A stretch of DNA of 64,000 nucleotides from Ramazzottius varieornatus (taxonomy: Eukaryota; Animalia; Tardigrada). Location: assembly GCA_001949185.1 (NCBI GenBank), contig BDGG01000005.1, positions 2,097,249 through 2,161,248 of the forward strand, given 5' to 3'. Of the stretch, positions 58,267-64,000 are shown piece by piece. A program made the position numbers and the translations under genes. Under the pieces are notes generated by a model. That model had not been told where the DNA came from. It did no database searches and saw only the letters and a program-made list of their open reading frames with translations. The first letter of the stretch is position 1; the number at the start of each line of letters is the position of its first letter.

Positions 58267-60394
58267 GTACATTTGTCCACGTCTCAATTATTGTAAATCA
58301 AAGTAGTTCTGCTAGTTACTTGATGGTTAAGGTAGATGGCCGTGAATTTTTTGATGCCGCGATGGAGTATACAGCGTTCTGAAGGACCTCGATGAATATT
58401 TTGCGCGCTGTTGTGTGCTGTGTTATTCAGTGCTTGAGTGCGCTGGAAACGAGCGATGATCAATTGGTTATGGACAAGGCTTGACGCGACCTCTTATTGC
58501 GTAGGAAGCGAGGAGCACTTGCTTCACGCTCGCTAATCGATTGGCGAGTGAAAACAGTGGCGGCCTCGCCTCGCGCCGGCCGTTGTATGACCAGGAATAT
58601 GGATCAAATCAGAGGTCATTTGGTGTTAAATGTGGTTGCACAGACGCGGGTAAAGGAATAAAAAAGAACACACATGACCAACGGCGGTGCTTTTCTCACG
58701 GCAATTATCCCGCAAAAGGGACAGGATAAATTGGGATATATTTGCGCACAGCAGGATCTGTCCGTTTAACCAGACGGAGGAACTTTAGGCTTCTCATCCC
58801 GGTTATTTAACTTGCTGGCGAGAACCCACGCGTCAGCTTTTCCTTTTACGCAGCCTCGTTTACGCAGGTCTGCGCGACTTCCCACGGGGAAGAAAGCTCA
58901 AATTTGCTCACACCTGTACGAGGCACTTTCTGTTATTTGCCGTATGTCACCCTTTATGACTTCACTTTGATCGAAATTCACTCTTTTACATGTTTCACTG
59001 AAAAAATTCTGTGGTTTTTTCGTCTGCTTTGTTTTGTGAAACGTTCCTCGTTTGAATTGGGTTCTTGAATCTATTCTTTGGTTTTTGCGCATATTTATAG
59101 TTTAGGGGATTTCCGTAAGGGAATATACCTATGTAGTATTGGTATCGAGTATATCCCGTTTGTTTAGACGAGGAAGAATTTCCAACAATAATATGGTTTA
59201 ATACCACATGTCCGACGGCGTCTTGCCATGCGCTCGTCAAGTATCATGCTTGCTGGTTAGTCATTGAAAGTAGACTTCCTTTGGGGGATTGGCACAACTG
59301 GGCAGAAATCGACAGGCTGCCAGCAATTTTATTAAGCCGCAATTTTGATATCTGCTGGCCTATAGAGTTGACACTTCTCATTGTCGTGAATATGCCATCT
59401 CCAATCAATGAGGCCTAGCATGAGATGTTTTTACTGGTCATTTGGCCTGATATGTGAGCCACGCAACGCTGACAGCTATACCGTGAACGTGCTCCATTTT
59501 CCGGCCTTCTCGAAGGTTCTATATAAGTATAGGCTTATCATACGATACCTCATACCGAACGGAAATACATAACTTGTGGTGCTGGTGGTGGTAATGTAAA
59601 TTCTTGTGGGTGCGCACCAGTAGCCAATCACCGGTCTGCGTGCAGCCACAAGCCCCGCAAACTATAGCTAATCCTGTGCATTTGTCGCAGCGGGAAGTAT
59701 CGACATTATGAGGGCGGAGGGTCGGCCTTTGGTGGCTCTGTGTATTTAAAACATACTCCGTAGATTATACCCGCTATAATGCCCTAGTCAGTGGCAGTGA
59801 TACTGGGTATAGCGGAAGAAACTTATGGGCGGTCATGGCGAGCTCGCTAACAGCCCCACAACAGTGGCGGACAAATGATACAGTCAGCGAGCCGATACGT
59901 ATACTGTGCTGGTATAGCCCCGGTGGAAGCTTACTTGGGCTATATTCCTTACACTTTCTCTAAGCACTCCACCCCTATCGTTGGCCATAATGAACCGTCG
60001 TCAAGTTAATTTGGTCTCTGGTGAATACAGTGTAGACGAGGAAGGCTGGCCTCTCATATAGCACTGTATCATATGCCGGTCGATCCAATCAGGGAGGTTT
60101 CAGCTCGGTATACAGGTCGCTTTCAAACTGCTGCCAATGATCTTCACTTGGCAATTGTCAAGCCTTCCTTTTCGACATAGCGAAACCCTTCTTTAAAAAG
60201 TGCTCGGGTGATCAGTCCGCTTTCGGGTACCTCATCTACTGTCACATTTGCTCCGACGTGTGCCCGCTGTTTGAACCAATCCGCTTGTTCAATTAACTTT
60301 TTCATATTTGGACAGTGTCATCAGTAGTCTTATTTTCCATTCGACTGACGCGAGCCTTCATCGTCTTATTTTTATTTCTATTGTTTGAGCTAAT

Positions 60395-61505
60395 ATGGCT
60401 TTCACTCCGACGTCAGGTTTCTGGTCGCTGAATTCGGGTCTTCAAGGCTTGACTTTGACTCCAAGTCAGCGGGTCCACATGCAGCAGGCCTTGGCTGCCC
60501 ATATGCAGGCCTCCGTGGCGCATTCCGGGTTCATGCCTATGAACATGATGGGCTCTAGCCTTGCCATGCCTCCCGTCTCGATGGAGAGCGTCGAGAAAGT
60601 CTGCGATAACCTGGAAGAAGTGGGCGACATTGAACGGCTGGCGAAGTTCCTCTGGTCCCTCGCACCCATGTACAACCCCCATCATCCGCAAGCCCTCGAG
60701 TACAGACGGAACGAGACCATCTTACGGGCTCAAGCCACGGTCTGCTACTACACGCAAGACTTCAAGGTAGATACCTCAGCCAGAAAAATCCACAAAATAA
60801 AATTTTCAGAACGATTTTTATTGGTGTGAATCTTCGAGCCTTTTCGTGCACGTAGATCGGTCAAGGAAAATCATGTGCGATATTCGCAGACAATTTTTAG
60901 AATATTTCACAGACAACATTTCGATTACATCTTCTCCATAATTTGTAACTAGGATAACTTCTGGGGAAAAAAAAGGTTTGGGCCTGTGCAGATTGAATAG
61001 TGCGAGATCTTTTATCCAGTGGCGCACACTGTCAGCTAAAAGCAACGTAAAGGTTCGCCACTTGAGATTGAGCTTAGTTGAACTAATTCGCCCACAATAC
61101 TTTTTCCGAAAACTGTTTACTATCGAATACTTTTCAGGGCTTGTACATGATTTTGGAGAACAACAAGTTCAGCAAGCAGCATCACGAGAAGCTGCAGCGG
61201 ATGTGGTCTGAAGCTCATTACACGGAAGCGGAGAAGCTGCGAGGTCGGCAGCTTGGGCCGGTCGACAAGTATCGTGTCCGGAAGAAGTATCCGATGCCGA
61301 AGACGATCTGGGATGGCGAGCAGAAGACTCACTGTTTCAAAGAGCGCACTCGGCATCTGCTTCGCGAATGGTACCTCCAAGACCCGTACCCGAACCCGAC
61401 GAAGAAGCGCGAGCTGGCGCAAGCCACCAATCTCACACCCACTCAAGTGGGGAATTGGTTCAAGAACCGCCGGCAACGTGACCGGGCGGCCGCTGCTAAA
61501 AACAG
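60395..61505 (+). CDS. Six3/6: Six3/6 (optix) homeobox transcription factor, exons 1-2; the final exon was not located
   Basis: SIX domain ([21 protein letters not shown]...[27 protein letters not shown]) and a K50 homeodomain with the Six3/6-diagnostic QKTH ([12 protein letters not shown]...[17 protein letters not shown]). GT donor at 61506. Confidence 0.96.
61002..61082. mobile_element. Hairpin MITE family H (Six3/6 intron), degenerate
   Basis: tccagtggcgcacact...ttcgccacttgag. Confidence 0.6.
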
Positions 61506-63807
61506 GTACGTCAATGACCTGCTTTGGATACTTAACTTTTTAAGTGCATTTTGCAAATTGTAGCTTAAACTCACATTGAAACTCTTGAAGACTCTGAGAC
61601 CTCGTAAGCCAATAGAGTTCGCGGATTATTATTTTCTCGCGAGACAGTTGACCGAAAAAATCATTAACAAAGGAAGGGTTCTTCGAGGAGCTCGTTATCG
61701 AGCGAAATTGAGTCGTCGAAAGCAAGAGTCAATTTTCCCGAAGACTGTAATGATGTAAGGAGGTCTTGGTGGGATTGATAGTTACAGTCTGTAACGAAAT
61801 TGGCACATTTAGCCCGGGACTATTTTCTTAGTGGGAGCACTGTGTGCTGGCCAGAATATCGTTGAAGAGATCATTTCCGTGGGATAGTCAGTGATGCGGG
61901 CTCCTTGTTGATGTCGCTGATTGGGAGCACCAGCCAAATTACGCCGAGGCCTGCGCATCAAGGCGGCGTTTGCTTTGGTTGCGGGCGGATGCGGATGCTG
62001 GCTCACCATTTAGACTGTCTGTTTGTTTAGTACTTGTGTCCACCATCGACATTTCATGGCCTGAAGGCCCAACTTCCCCCTCTTAAGGACTCGCTATACG
62101 AGCCCCAAACAGTATCAAACTGATGGACTTCAGAGCTCATCCCACATGATATCTTATGTTACAGTACTTTCCGCCGCACTGGTTATTGGGTGCGAAACGA
62201 ACCGCTTTAGTCCGGTCTTTGAAGTTCCAAAACTCTTCCAAAATAAACTTTTTAGAGAAGTCTAGATCTAGTATGGTTATCGACAAATGACGCTTGATTT
62301 ATACAGCGTTACTTTTTTGAACCAGAAACTGATTTTTGGAATTTAGAAAAGTTATTGGAGTTTCCAGTTGTGTGAGATTGAACGCTGGTTGTGTTCGAGG
62401 TCTGAATATTCTCCAGTGACGACGTTGGTAAACTTGACGAAATGTCGTATGTAGTGTGCGAAAGTACATTATCGAGCCTGAGTGGAGATTCGAAGACCTC
62501 ATAATGAACAGTACTGTATGTGGAGGAATTCATGCAAGATTAAGTCATGCCATTCAGTTGGGCTAAAAAGCAAATGGGTAAAGTATGTGGTCAAGTAGTG
62601 GTCGAAGAGTGAGTCAAGAAGAATTGATTTTGGTGAGATTTAGCTGTTAAGGGTGAAGATGGTTCGGACAGTTGAGAGCAGAGTTGTGAAGAAGAAAGTG
62701 ACCGGATAAGAAGAATGGAGAACGGCCGGTGAGAATAATTTGCTGGCATGAATGGCCCAGCGCAGCTTTTGACATGATGCAATGCAGTGTCCTGCGGCGG
62801 AATATCACAAGAGGCCAACATTATCATTGCACTGCTCTTGCTCCGCTCAGGCTCAAGCTCCTTCCTTGTCTGACCAGATATAAATTAAATCTCTAATGTA
62901 AGCAACGGATTCATCAAATCGTTCAGCGATCACCCAGCTCGCAAAATAATTCACTTGCAAAAAGCTCGCGGCCATGCTCGCAACTGGATTAACGTTACGG
63001 CAAATATCTTCTCCGTAGAGGCTCGATAGGCTCCACTCTTTTTTCTCGTCAACACACCCCAGCATGCGTAGTCTGGCCCTGGTTGAAAACATCGTAGAAA
63101 GGGACCGGAAAAGCATAGCAGCTCTCTGTTTCAACTTACGCGAGGTCCAATTGATGGATAGAAACTACGGGTGTACTCATATGTTGTAAAAACTTTGACG
63201 AAAACAGAAAAAAACAATCTGAAATCGAACTTAAACGCTGAAAAATTCTAATAGTTTCCCGAATACGAGCGACTGTAGTCCTGTATTAGGTTCCCAGTAC
63301 GTGTGAGGACTCGAAATATCTGCTACCGAAGCAATCACAATCAGTTTGCCGGATGAATGACAGAGAGCTGTTTCTTACGAGTGCAGAATTAGGCTCGAGT
63401 TGCTTGTCAAACACGGCGAAAAAGTCATTAGCACGTTGTAATGAAGTGTCGATAGCTATGCCGTACTATTGTCAGAGCAAACAGCTTCCGAAATAGCTCC
63501 GTTAAAGAACGCAAGGACACAAAAGACAAATGACCGGAGAGTAAAGTAACAGGCAAAGTGCGAAGAGGAGTGAGAGGCCGTGTCTGTACAGTAGGTTCTC
63601 CATGGCATATCTGCGCCCACTTCAGGACAAGTTAAGAAACACTTGGGATATCCTTTCCCATGTTTTGAACTCGCCGCTCTTTGGTACTAATTGACACACC
63701 TGAATACTCGCTGTAAGCTAAGCCGCGACTGAAAGAAAGTGAACCATTTACCGGGACCTGGCAGTAGGCCTATAGCTGCGTTTGATTAGTGTTGAACGTG
63801 GCTCAGG

Positions 63808-64000
63808 CTACGTTCGGCGCATAACAGCCAACTCAGAACTGGTACGGACCAGAGAGCTCAAAGCGTCCGGCTCGCGGTCTTGACATGGTACTGTCAGAGG
63901 CTAGAGCTGCGTCTGGTCGAGAATAAACCTGGCTAATACGGAGTCTTCTTTCGGCACGTAACAGCCAACTCAGAATTGGCGCAGACCGGAGAACTCTGAG
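63808..64000. repeat. Degenerate direct repeat (~135-bp spacing) running to the window edge
   Basis: ttcggcgcataacagccaactcagaactggtacggaccagagagctc versus ttcggcacgtaacagccaactcagaattggcgcagaccggagaactc. Confidence 0.6.

Noticed and set aside
1368-61082. Conserved repeats flanking variable ~20-nt spacers, superficially CRISPR-like
   Set aside because: The repeats are inverted and dispersed rather than direct and arrayed. The loops derive from one consensus in either orientation, there are no cas genes, and the context is eukaryotic.

Overview
This is eukaryotic, animal DNA that is gene-dense, with many short GT-AG introns. The compact layout and near-balanced GC content would fit a tardigrade-like ecdysozoan; that is an inference, not shown. 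Recognisable genes are a tetraspanin, endophilin B, exocyst Sec5/EXOC2, an SLC35F3/4-type transporter, a CD39-type NTPDase, Six3/6 (optix), a chromodomain protein, tRNA-Asn(GTT) and a solitary 5S rRNA. Mobile DNA includes a TIR-bounded but defective two-gene PIF/Harbinger-superfamily transposon, a pogo/Tigger transposase pseudogene and at least six MITE families, one of them a ~100-bp hairpin at about 10 loci. The most notable candidate system is a family of five paralogous, multi-exon, secreted single-domain proteins in two clusters (0.9-6.0 kb and 39.1-41.9 kb). They resemble the N-terminal C2/MNNL domain of Notch ligands but stop before any DSL, EGF or transmembrane region, and the ORF track misses them because their exons are short. 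Also notable are a ubiquitin-like domain spliced in frame onto the NTPDase, three large secreted low-complexity G/S/Q-rich proteins, and a tail-to-tail pair of decayed orphan C2H2 genes. Gene models were spliced by eye, so exon boundaries and some start codons are approximate.
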